Origin: Fibrobacteria bacterium
GTDB lineage: Bacteria; Fibrobacterota; Fibrobacteria; UBA11236
NCBI GenBank assembly: GCA_043732185.1
Contig: JAYTHY010000016.1
Location: 1 to 15,974 of the forward strand
Direction: 5' to 3'
DNA length: 15,974 nt
Under the pieces are notes generated by a model. The model was given only the letters and a program-made list of their open reading frames with translations. It was not told where the DNA came from and did not search any database. Below are positions 1 through 8,261 of this stretch, piece by piece (within the stretch, counting starts at the first letter, position 1; every line of letters begins with the position of its first letter). The translations under genes were made by a program, and so were the position numbers.

Positions 1-205
1 GTCACCAAGTGGCCACGACTCATCCAGAACGACTATCAAAAAGGGGAAATCCAATTCGAAATCAGGAGATCATGAGTTTCCGAAAGGCATTGGGGTTAAT
101 ACCCCATAGGATCCAACGCTTTTCATATCTATATCAACCGTAGCTGAAAAGGAACCCCACAATAGGTTTTCCTTATGCAAAGATCACTCAATCCGAAAGA
201 ATCAA

Positions 206-1837
206 ATGAAAAATGAACATCCCTTAACGTCTCGCTTCCTGGCGCCCTGCCTTTTCATGGTGGGTGCGGTTTTTGTCCCGTTTTCCAACGGACAAACGGA
301 CGTGGATCCTCCAGTAACGGCAAGAATTGAAGCGAATACGGATATCAATGTCACCGCACCGACCAACACCTTTTATGGTACGCGGGGCCTGAGCCAAACT
401 TCTTCCGCAGAGGCTTTAGGCGAAGGACGCCTGATATTTGGTGTCTACGGCTCCTGGTACCAACAGCAGAAAGATTTTACCGGTGGGCCAAATAAAAATG
501 CAAATATTTTTACGGGAATTGGTTCGATATCACTTGGCGTCAATCGTCAGATAGATGTCTTCGCTTCCTTGGCAGGCTTCGGATCTACAGATTATGCCAG
601 TGATACCGCCGCCGGATTAGGTTCAGTGGGGGGCGGCATACAAGGTACCTTGCCTTTCTCTCCCGAAATACCCGTAAGGATGGCCGCCCAAGTGGCGATT
701 TACCAGGGTTTATCGAACAATTCGATTAATACCAATCATGCCGACGGGTACAACTATTTCGAAACTCGCTCAGGTTTGGACTTTATGGCAAAACTGATTC
801 AGACCTTGACGTTGGGCCATGAAAAAATGGGTTTAAAGTTGCATTTGAATGAGGGTATGCGCACATCAGCTGAATCAGGTACGGAAGCACTGCTGCTCCT
901 TGGCGCCGGTGCACAGTTCAATGTCACCGCCGCGTCCATTGGAATGGAAATTCATTCCCGGACCCCCTTCAGAAAAATCGAAGTAGGTACGGATCCACTG
1001 TGGATTTCCCCTTCCGTTCAATTCCGCACCCCCTTTGAAATCAACTTGACTTTGGGTGGGGACATTGCTTTGGCTGGCACTAGAGATGACGTTTCAGGCA
1101 CGCGGGCATTGGAACCCTACCGCATATTTGGTGGAATTGCCTTTACATTTGATACCGAATACGGAAAAAGAGCCGCAGCCAAAGCCAAAGAACAGAAAGA
1201 AACCAACGAAAGGCTGGCTCTCCAATCCAGAAATCGTGATTTGACAAATACCATATCCACAAATTCGCGAGAGGATTCACTGGCCCGGATGCACCAAAAA
1301 TCAGAATCCGATTCCGCGGCCGCTGCTATGGCTGCCAAAGCTCGACAGGATTCATTGGCCATGGCTGGAAGATCTCAAAATGATTCCTTAGCCTTAGCGG
1401 AAGCAAAACGCAAACTTGAAGAAGAAAAATCCAAACGCAGCGATGCTGAAAAACAATTGCTTTCAACTGGCCTGCTTTTGCTTGATGCTGTCTATTTCGA
1501 GACTGGAAAAACGGACATATCCATTAATTCCCAGCCCTACTTAAACATCATTGCCAAGATGCTCACCAAATATCCCAAACTTCAAATCGAGGTTTCTGGA
1601 CATACCGACAACGTAGGTGGTGCGACTTATAATATGGGCTTAAGTGAAGGCCGTTCTCAATCCGTAGCCGCCTATATGCTAACAGTTGCTCCAGGGCTCA
1701 AAGGATCATTGACAGCCAAGGGTTATGGTCTGAACCAGCCCAAGGATGACAATAAAACTGCCGATGGACGCAAGCACAACCGTCGTACGGAGCTTCAAGT
1801 GCTGAATAAGGAAGTACTCTCCGAGTACAACCACTAG
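206..1837 (+). CDS. OmpA-family outer membrane protein (signal peptide, probable beta-barrel, helical linker, C-terminal OmpA-like peptidoglycan-binding domain)
   Basis: 543-aa ORF with a hydrophobic N-terminal signal and a beta-strand-like Gly/aromatic-rich middle region. The C-terminus has OmpA_C hallmarks: VYFETGK, IEVSGHTDNVG, YNMGLSEGRSQSV, KGYG, NKTADGRKHNRRTE. Confidence 0.92.
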   Translation: MKNEHPLTSRFLAPCLFMVGAVFVPFSNGQTDVDPPVTARIEANTDINVTAPTNTFYGTRGLSQTSSAEALGEGRLIFGVYGSWYQQQKDFTGGPNKNANIFTGIGSISLGVNRQIDVFASLAGFGSTDYASDTAAGLGSVGGGIQGTLPFSPEIPVRMAAQVAIYQGLSNNSINTNHADGYNYFETRSGLDFMAKLIQTLTLGHEKMGLKLHLNEGMRTSAESGTEALLLLGAGAQFNVTAASIGMEIHSRTPFRKIEVGTDPLWISPSVQFRTPFEINLTLGGDIALAGTRDDVSGTRALEPYRIFGGIAFTFDTEYGKRAAAKAKEQKETNERLALQSRNRDLTNTISTNSREDSLARMHQKSESDSAAAAMAAKARQDSLAMAGRSQNDSLALAEAKRKLEEEKSKRSDAEKQLLSTGLLLLDAVYFETGKTDISINSQPYLNIIAKMLTKYPKLQIEVSGHTDNVGGATYNMGLSEGRSQSVAAYMLTVAPGLKGSLTAKGYGLNQPKDDNKTADGRKHNRRTELQVLNKEVLSEYNH

Positions 1838-1871
1838 TCGATAAATCGAACATCATAAAAAGGAAAAAATC

Positions 1872-2021
1872 ATGCTTTATACCATCGCAGTAGTTTTAAT
1901 CGTCCTATGGATTCTTGGGTTGGTTTCTGCCTATACCATGGGTGGATTTATCCACATCTTGCTGGTTGTCGCAATTGTCATTGTTCTGCTTCGCGTTATC
2001 AGCGGCCGGAAAGTGATATGA
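1872..2021 (+). CDS. lmo0937-family (DUF5670-like) small membrane protein, 49 aa
   Basis: Hand translation gives MLYTIAVVLIVLWILGLVSAYTMGGFIHILLVVAIVIVLLRVISGRKVI*, with the family pattern LWxLG...GGxIHxLLVxA. An AAGGA SD lies upstream. It is below the ORF-track cutoff. Confidence 0.9.
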   Translation: MLYTIAVVLIVLWILGLVSAYTMGGFIHILLVVAIVIVLLRVISGRKVI

Positions 2022-2254
2022 CAACGTTATTGAAAATCATGGAAATAAATGTGAACAAGGGTTCCTCCAAGGATCAAACGGATGGGTCTGATTTGCAGAC
2101 GATTGAAAGTTCTAAACCGGTTAAAGTGGCAAAACTTGTTGGCATCACGCTGACCATAGGTGCAGGCGTCACTGGCCTGTATTTGCTTTCGAGAATTGTT
2201 AAATCGGTTTTCAGATCCTTATTCCATTCAAATAAAAGCGACCTCGCTTCATAA
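2018..2254 (+). CDS. hypothetical small protein with one predicted TM/amphipathic segment (78 aa; alternative start 2039)
   Basis: ATG at 2018 overlaps the upstream stop as ATGA and is in frame with track ORF 1907..2254. Hydrophobic stretch LVGITLTIGAGVTGLYLL. It ends 5 nt before the next gene. Confidence 0.55.
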   Translation: MTTLLKIMEINVNKGSSKDQTDGSDLQTIESSKPVKVAKLVGITLTIGAGVTGLYLLSRIVKSVFRSLFHSNKSDLAS

Positions 2255-2259
2255 AAGGA

Positions 2260-3981
2260 TTGAATGCCTTGACGCAAAGCAGGTTTTTCATCAGAACTCT
2301 TCACCCCTTTATCTGGGTGAGGGCGATGGGATTCCTGCTTCTTATTTTGCTTTCTGGAAATAGACTTCAGGCTTCCACTCAGCGATCGGAAGCTGAAGTT
2401 ATTTTTCATCAATACCTTGATTCGGTCTTATCACCATCCAAAGACACTGGTAAAGTCAGGATGCACAAATATCGAAAAGAAATCATCGAATTTTATCATT
2501 CTCGGAAATTTCAACTCGCTTGGGTAATTCATGGGAATCCAATTCAAGGAGCTTGGGAACTATTGGATGAAATCCAAAATTGTGACAAAGAGGGTCTGGA
2601 ACCACGAGAATATCCTGACCAAAAAATTGAACTTTTGTTACGCCAAGGCAAAAGATATTATTTCTGGCGTTTGCCTTTAGAATCCAATAAAGCCGCGGAA
2701 CTAGATTTTCTACTAACTGAAACATACTTGACCTTTTCCAATCATTTGCTCTTTGGCAGAAGTCAGCCTAGAACAATGGAGGACGCATGGCATGTGAGCG
2801 CTGAAGTCGTCAACTTGCCAATCTATTTACAGAAAACCATATCGGACCAAAAAGGCATAAGTGAAAGCCTCCGACAAATAGTACCCCAACAGCCCGAATA
2901 CGGTAAGATGAAATATTGGTTGGCCGTTTACCGTCAACGGCTAAGCCAGGGTGAATGGCCTATTGTTACCTCGTTACCTGCTGCTAGTAAAAGTAGTAGT
3001 GTCAGTGGGCCGATCGCAAAAGTGCTGTGCCTTCGTCTCCAAGCGGAAGGCTTTTTTGCGGCTGGAGATTGTCCGGATAGTCTTTCCTCTGGATTAGTCG
3101 AAGCTATCAAACATTTTCAAAGCACCCATGGAGTAGATTCAACCGGACAATTGGATGCCGCCACCTTGCGCGAAATTAATGTACCCCTCCGAGAAAGAAT
3201 TGAACAATTGAAATTAAACATCGATTGTTGGAGATGGTTGCCGCAAAATTTGGGAGAGCGGCATATTAGGATCAATATTGCAGATTTCCGGCTTAAAGCT
3301 TATGAACATGGATTGGAAACGTTTTCAATGCGGGTAGTGGTTGGGCGCAAGTCTGACAGCACACCGGTTTTCAGCGATCGTGCCATTGCCGTAACTTTGA
3401 ACCCTGCCTGGAATGTTCCCGCTTCCATAGCCCGGGACGAAATGCTGCCGGCATTGAAAAAAGATCCGCGATATCTTGAAAAACACGACATGGAGCTCCT
3501 AGCCGACTGGACTAAGGAGGAAACACTTTTACGGGCTGATTCTATCGATTGGGCTAAAATTGATACTGCTCATTTTACCTTTCGAATTAGGCAGAAATAC
3601 GGTGAATCGAGTGCGTTGGGACGCGTTAAGATCAACTTAACCAACCCCTTTAACATTTATCTACACGATACGCCCTCCAAACAATACTTCGAAAAAGAGA
3701 AACGCGCGCTGAGTCATGGATGTGTGCGTGTGGAGGAACCTTTAAAGCTCGCCATATGGCTTTTGGGACCAGGCACTAGTTGGGACCAGCCGCATCTGGA
3801 AACCTTAATTCAAAAAGGAGAACCGTATACCATAGCGATAAGCGATCCGGGAATTCCCGTGTATATACTTTATCGCACCGCTTTTATCGACTCAGAAGGC
3901 GGCCTCCAATTTCGTCCTGATATTTACGGTTGGGATAAACGATTGGGTGCTGACCTCGTTTCTAAAATAGTCGTTCCATAG
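2260..3981 (+). CDS. Murein L,D-transpeptidase, YcbB/LdtD type (scaffold, peptidoglycan-binding and YkuD domains); start may be ATG 2326
   Basis: FYHSRKFQLAW scaffold motif, AIKHFQSTHG..TGQLD PG-binding motif, RWLP..LG...I.INI, MRVVVG, TPVFSD, NPAWNVP and the catalytic IYLHDTP...RALSHGCVRV (His/Cys). Confidence 0.93.
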   Translation: MNALTQSRFFIRTLHPFIWVRAMGFLLLILLSGNRLQASTQRSEAEVIFHQYLDSVLSPSKDTGKVRMHKYRKEIIEFYHSRKFQLAWVIHGNPIQGAWELLDEIQNCDKEGLEPREYPDQKIELLLRQGKRYYFWRLPLESNKAAELDFLLTETYLTFSNHLLFGRSQPRTMEDAWHVSAEVVNLPIYLQKTISDQKGISESLRQIVPQQPEYGKMKYWLAVYRQRLSQGEWPIVTSLPAASKSSSVSGPIAKVLCLRLQAEGFFAAGDCPDSLSSGLVEAIKHFQSTHGVDSTGQLDAATLREINVPLRERIEQLKLNIDCWRWLPQNLGERHIRINIADFRLKAYEHGLETFSMRVVVGRKSDSTPVFSDRAIAVTLNPAWNVPASIARDEMLPALKKDPRYLEKHDMELLADWTKEETLLRADSIDWAKIDTAHFTFRIRQKYGESSALGRVKINLTNPFNIYLHDTPSKQYFEKEKRALSHGCVRVEEPLKLAIWLLGPGTSWDQPHLETLIQKGEPYTIAISDPGIPVYILYRTAFIDSEGGLQFRPDIYGWDKRLGADLVSKIVVP

Positions 3982-4002
3982 GCATGGGTGCGCAGTCACT
4001 AA

Positions 4003-4962
4003 ATGAAAAACGGATTCCTTGCTTGGCAGGTTTTGGTTCTGTTCACTGCTTTTCCGGTTTGTGTTTGTCATGCTTCGACCCTTATGTTCGACCCAGGCAA
4101 GGCAACATTCACAATCAAGTATAAGGAGGAGGCGTCCTCATTCCGTATCAACGCGGTTTTTTTGCTTCCAGGCGAAACCTTGAATCTGAAAATCAAGGAA
4201 GAGGTTGTCGATTCCTTTTCTCTGGTTTTGAAAGAAGGTTTATCCGAAAAAACTAGTCCCCACAGCTGGGTATATACAGCTCCTGACAGCTGTGGACTTT
4301 ATGCGATAGTGATTTATCGAGCCATGCCGGAAGATTCGATGCTCTTCAATGTCTTTGTAATGGTACCCGCTGCAAAAATTCTGGATGGATACCTGGCCGG
4401 ATACCATATCGGAACCTACCCGGCAGCACAAATTAAAGGCCTCGAATTTTACCGCACGCCTCGTGGGTTCATTAAAGCGGATCCAAAAACAATGTTGGCA
4501 ATGGTTTCTCCACATTTTCAGCTTGGACAATTCATTTGCAAGCAGCCTAGCGGACCGACTTCCTATTTGGTTTTAAAAGAAAGGCTCATATTAAAGTTGG
4601 AAGTGATTCTTGGCCAAGTCAATGCCAGGGGATACCCCTGTCCAACATTTCATATTATGAGTGGATTCCGCACACCTTTTTACAATCATCAGATTGGCAA
4701 CGTAACCTTCAGTGCGCATCAGTTTGGTGGTGCAGCTGACATTTTCATAGATGCGAATCCCGAGGACGGGGAAATGGATGACTTAAATAAAGATGGAAAA
4801 GTGGACGAAAAAGATTCCGAAATACTTTTTGATTTGGTCAATCGAATGACTTTAAGTGAGCTGTTTCTACCCTATTTGGGTGGACTTGGAAAATACATCC
4901 GGAATAAGTCCCATGGACCTTTTGTACATGTTGACGTCCGCGGCATCAGGGCTTTGTGGTGA
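4003..4962 (+). CDS. Exported M15-family Zn metallopeptidase (D-Ala-D-Ala peptidase / YcbK-MepK-like fold) with an N-terminal extension
   Basis: Signal peptide; SPHFQLGQF; SGFRTPFYN; SAHQFGGAADI (H-x6-D); GGLGKY; FVHVDVRG. Lies directly after the L,D-transpeptidase. Confidence 0.85.
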   Translation: MKNGFLAWQVLVLFTAFPVCVCHASTLMFDPGKATFTIKYKEEASSFRINAVFLLPGETLNLKIKEEVVDSFSLVLKEGLSEKTSPHSWVYTAPDSCGLYAIVIYRAMPEDSMLFNVFVMVPAAKILDGYLAGYHIGTYPAAQIKGLEFYRTPRGFIKADPKTMLAMVSPHFQLGQFICKQPSGPTSYLVLKERLILKLEVILGQVNARGYPCPTFHIMSGFRTPFYNHQIGNVTFSAHQFGGAADIFIDANPEDGEMDDLNKDGKVDEKDSEILFDLVNRMTLSELFLPYLGGLGKYIRNKSHGPFVHVDVRGIRALW

Positions 4963-5412
4963 ATGGTATCCAAGTTCTTCTGCATGCCTAATTTTTCCAC
5001 CCAGGTAAGACGCGTAGCCTACCCATATAAAAGCAACAGCAGCCAGTGCCACTGTCGCCCAAGCTAACCGATCCCTCAGTTTTCTCATTGTTGGAAATTT
5101 AATCAAAATCAATTGAATGAGCGCCAAGACCCCTACTGCAACAATCGTTGCAAAGGCTCCTTCAGCCGCTTCGTCATGAGCATCGATTGCAGCTTCGGTC
5201 ACCGACGTTATTTTTTTGACTGTTTCCACTGAATTGTCTCCGGAAAAGAAAACTATAGGCGTAATCAATGCCACAAGCACTAAAAGCCCCAATGCGGCGT
5301 GACGCACCTCGTCTTTGTTTCGGAGTAACGCGTACACTAAAATTAAGCAAGCGATTGCGGTTCCAAATACGGGCGCATGGTTTATAAGCAAATGCAAATG
5401 TACTGGAGTCAT
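4867..5412 (-). CDS. DUF2231-like four-helix membrane protein with conserved His residues
   Basis: HLHLLINHAPV at the N-terminus, four hydrophobic segments, AIDAHDEAA and GGKIRHAE. Starts 5 nt after the cytochrome c stop. The last ~31 codons overlap the convergent peptidase gene. Confidence 0.75.
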   Translation of the reverse strand: MTPVHLHLLINHAPVFGTAIACLILVYALLRNKDEVRHAALGLLVLVALITPIVFFSGDNSVETVKKITSVTEAAIDAHDEAAEGAFATIVAVGVLALIQLILIKFPTMRKLRDRLAWATVALAAVAFIWVGYASYLGGKIRHAEELGYHSPQSPDAADVNMYKRSMGLIPDVFSKSTQIG

Positions 5413-5417
5413 GTTGG

Positions 5418-6380
5418 TTATCTCTTTGGTGGTAAATTTTCTCTATGCACGGGTTTCAAGCTCTTAAGATACAAGTAAATCGCTCCAATATCACGGTCAG
5501 ACATGCGGCTAAACGGTCCCCATGGCATCGGAGACCAGGTATTCAAGTTTCCCATTTTGATCCTTTTTGTGAAAAGGTCCAGGGTCCAGGTGGTAATTCG
5601 ACCTGTGGCAGAATCAGGTGTGAGATTGGGACTGATGACCGTTGTTCCAGGTGGATTGCTGCTATGAAAAAGCATTCCCCCTGCCAAGTATGGACCCGTG
5701 TACTCTCCCGTTTTCATATTGCGGGCGGTATGGCACGATCCACAATTGGAAACAGTATTAACCAAATACTCTCCATATTCAACTGTCATCCCAGGTTTGG
5801 GAGAATGGAGAGAATCGGCTTTGGGGGCAAATGGTTCCAGAAAATAGGCCTTAGTTATTTTTCCCAACAGGTTATAATGACTGGCTGGGATGTTGTTTTT
5901 AACGGGTGGCAAGGTGCGTAAAAAGGAAAGTATTGCGATAAGATCCGAGTCAGATAAGTCGGCATACATCATGATTGGTAAACCTACTTGACCGAGATGG
6001 TTCACACCATAGCGCATGAAGCGTGCTAGTTCGGCGTCACCAATTCCACCAATACCGGTAGCTGTATCCGAGGTGATATTAGGCGGCCGGATTTCTCCCA
6101 AATAAGTATTGATGACATACCCACCTGTCATGTCTACTTCAAATCCAGAGTCCACTCTGGCCTTTAAGTGCGGAGGAGCGTGACAATCCGCGCAATGGCC
6201 AGGTCCGTAAACCAAATAGCGACCTCTAGAAATGACTGCGGAATCGGAGGTCGAACGAATGGCTGGATAGGGCGCAGGAAATTTGCGATCGAAATGAAAG
6301 AGGGCGTAAACGATGGCCGCTCCAGTAGCAAATAAAATGAGGCTAAAGAGAATGCCTAAGATTTTGCCGATGGCACGCAT
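5418..6380 (-). CDS. Membrane-anchored diheme c-type cytochrome
   Basis: N-terminal TM anchor. Two CxxCH motifs (CADCH, CGSCH), each in a G[RE]YLV...CxxCH...PN[IL]T.D..TG...M repeat. ATG 6380 preferred over the track start at 6398. Confidence 0.9.
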   Translation of the reverse strand: MRAIGKILGILFSLILFATGAAIVYALFHFDRKFPAPYPAIRSTSDSAVISRGRYLVYGPGHCADCHAPPHLKARVDSGFEVDMTGGYVINTYLGEIRPPNITSDTATGIGGIGDAELARFMRYGVNHLGQVGLPIMMYADLSDSDLIAILSFLRTLPPVKNNIPASHYNLLGKITKAYFLEPFAPKADSLHSPKPGMTVEYGEYLVNTVSNCGSCHTARNMKTGEYTGPYLAGGMLFHSSNPPGTTVISPNLTPDSATGRITTWTLDLFTKRIKMGNLNTWSPMPWGPFSRMSDRDIGAIYLYLKSLKPVHRENLPPKR

Positions 6381-6646
6381 TCTTTCTTGAGCCAGCAAAA
6401 ATCAATCCGGAATAGAATCTTGATTTAATATTTGAAATAAATGGATTTGAACGAAAGCGTGGATAGAGCTCGCTCCTTTTTGAGGAATAAAATGACGCGT
6501 TAGCAAGAAGAAACGTTTGATTAAGACATTTTGACAATGTATGCAGACCTGCAGATCACCTGATTTTACTGACAAGGACGGTCATGTCCACGTATCTTTG
6601 GAGTTTGCGCACCATAACAGAGCATTTAAGTTCAAGGAGTCGGCCT

Positions 6647-7087
6647 GTGAGGTGGATATGGCTACTTGGCATTTTAGTTCTCGGATGTTCAATTACGTCA
6701 TGCACCGGAAGTGGTTCGGGCTTGGATGAAAATGGAAATACTTCCAAGGAGATCCTGACTGCAAAACCCGATTCTTTAAAAGCAGATTCCATTTTTAAGC
6801 TCATCAAATTGGAAATATTTACGCCTCTTTGTGCTAAGTGTCATATTTATCCCAACGCACCGTTTGGACTGGCTCTCGATTCCGTGAGTCAGGAATTTCT
6901 GATTGGACGACCGAGCTATGGTGTTCCAGGCATGCAACTCGTCAAGCCCGGGGACCCGGCGCATAGCTACCTGCTCTGGAAGTTGCAAGGAAAACCCGGC
7001 ATCAGTGGATTCCGAATGCCCTTTCAGGGTCCTTATTTACCTGATTCGTTAATGCACCGGATCTCGAGCTGGATCAATTGCCTCTAG
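6647..7087 (+). CDS. Monoheme c-type cytochrome lipoprotein (146 aa)
   Basis: AAGGAG (6634-6639) lies 7 nt before an in-frame GTG at 6647. Signal MRWIWLLGILVLGCSITSC with a lipobox-like Cys; IFTPLCAKCH; VKPGDPAHSYLLWKL; RMP as the candidate distal Met. Confidence 0.8.
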   Translation: MRWIWLLGILVLGCSITSCTGSGSGLDENGNTSKEILTAKPDSLKADSIFKLIKLEIFTPLCAKCHIYPNAPFGLALDSVSQEFLIGRPSYGVPGMQLVKPGDPAHSYLLWKLQGKPGISGFRMPFQGPYLPDSLMHRISSWINCL

Positions 7088-8026
7088 ATGGGCGATGTTT
7101 TTAGGGTAACCTAGCGCATACCCCTGCCAGGTATCCCGCTCATGAAATTCTGCTAACATGGCCTCTTGCAGTTTCGACTTATCTCGGCACCATAGGGGGG
7201 CCAGGAGCATGCTTTCCGGGGCGTCTCCAGTGAACCGTTGAATGCCGACTTGTGGCGGAACGCGTTCCAAAAAGTCGACCAAACCTTGCACGTACGATTT
7301 CTTTTCCATGGGAATGTATTGCCCATTCTGAAATTGATGAGCCAATACTGTACCCTTCACCACATGCAGCGGGTGGATTTTTAGGGAATGGTATTTCCAG
7401 CGAATGAGTGAGCAGGCAGTGCGACGATAATGAAAAGCAGTTTCACCCGGTAATCCCAGGATGACATGAATACAAATTTCAAAACCACGGCCGTCACATA
7501 AATCCATAGCTTGAGAGAAGTCTTCAAAGTTGTGGGCTCGGTTTACACGCTCCAAAGTGGCATCAAAGGAAGACTGCAGGCCCAATTCCAGGGAGAGATA
7601 CGTTTTTTTCCCCAGCTCCGCCAAAAGATCTGCGATTTCAGGAGTGATACAATCCGGGCGCGTCCCAATTGCCAATCCGATAACATCAGGATGGGCCAGG
7701 GCCTGCATATAAAGCGCCCGAAGTTTTTCAACGGGTGCATAGGTTCCCGAATAGGTTTGGAAATAGGCGATGAATTTTTCCGCTTTTAATCTGGCGCGAA
7801 GGTACGTGATGCCTTGTTCGAGTTGGTCGGGAATTGCTTTGCCGCGATCTCCTGCAGATGGAGAGAAACTCCGATTGTCACAAAAGGTGCATCCTCCACG
7901 CGCTTTAGTGCCATCCAAATTGGGACAGGTAAAGCCACCGTTTAATGTCACTTTGCGAATGCGCGTGCCGGCCCATCCACGTCGGCTTAAAATTTCGGAA
8001 TAGGGCGTGTACAGTGAATTGGACAT
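7049..8026 (-). CDS. TIGR01212-family radical SAM protein (YhcC-like)
   Basis: GGFTCPNLDGT...GGCTFC, IAYFQTYSGTYA, GLAIGTRPDC, ELGLQS, HVILGLPGE, LKIHPLHVVKGT, RFTGD. ATG 8026 preferred. Confidence 0.92.
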   Translation of the reverse strand: MSNSLYTPYSEILSRRGWAGTRIRKVTLNGGFTCPNLDGTKARGGCTFCDNRSFSPSAGDRGKAIPDQLEQGITYLRARLKAEKFIAYFQTYSGTYAPVEKLRALYMQALAHPDVIGLAIGTRPDCITPEIADLLAELGKKTYLSLELGLQSSFDATLERVNRAHNFEDFSQAMDLCDGRGFEICIHVILGLPGETAFHYRRTACSLIRWKYHSLKIHPLHVVKGTVLAHQFQNGQYIPMEKKSYVQGLVDFLERVPPQVGIQRFTGDAPESMLLAPLWCRDKSKLQEAMLAEFHERDTWQGYALGYPKNIAHLEAIDPARDPVH

Positions 8027-8210
8027 AGCGGCTTCGGGTAGAGCATAGAGCAAAATCTAAACCTATTTCAAAAAATGCATCTAAGGCAAATATCGGCATC
8101 CTGAGTTCCGTTTGGAGCGATTATCTGCCGCATTGGCATAAGGGCTTGTCCATATGGCGAAACTTTTGCAGTACAATCCGAAAAAATACTGCGTGGGCTC
8201 AAGTCAAAAT

Positions 8211-8227
8211 TTGGCCTGGCAATTGCG
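8211..8227 (+). promoter_or_regulatory. Candidate sigma54 (-24/-12) promoter for hemG
   Basis: TTGGCCTGGCAATTGCG: GG at 8213-14, exactly 10 nt, then GC at 8225-26, with TGGC and TTGC cores. It lies ~35 nt upstream of ATG 8262. Confidence 0.6.
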
Positions 8228-8261
8228 TGAGCGAAAAGAACAAAAGAGAGTGGATACAAGC

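Noticed and set aside
91..106. Hairpin TGGGGT-TAAT-ACCCCA as a terminator
   Set aside because: Only a 6-bp stem with no adjacent U-tract.
1..143. Possible 3' end of an upstream CDS (all three + frames are open for 75-143 nt)
   Set aside because: Too short to pick a frame or recognise a family.
163..179. GG-N10-GC (TAGGTTTTCCTTATGCA) upstream of the OmpA gene as a sigma54 promoter
   Set aside because: Spacing is right but both the -24 and -12 contexts match poorly.
1907..2017. N-terminal part of track ORF 1907..2254
   Set aside because: It overlaps the clearly recognisable lmo0937-like gene in another frame; the true start is more likely 2018 or 2039.
6394..6410. Minus-strand CCGGATTGATTTTTGCT as a sigma54 promoter for the diheme cytochrome
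   Set aside because: Good -12 but weak -24, and it would leave almost no leader before ATG 6380.
6531..6536. Perfect TTGACA upstream of the monoheme lipoprotein, with nearby TTGAT half-sites
   Set aside because: No acceptable -10 at 16-18 nt, and no complete FNR box (TTGAT-N4-ATCAA).
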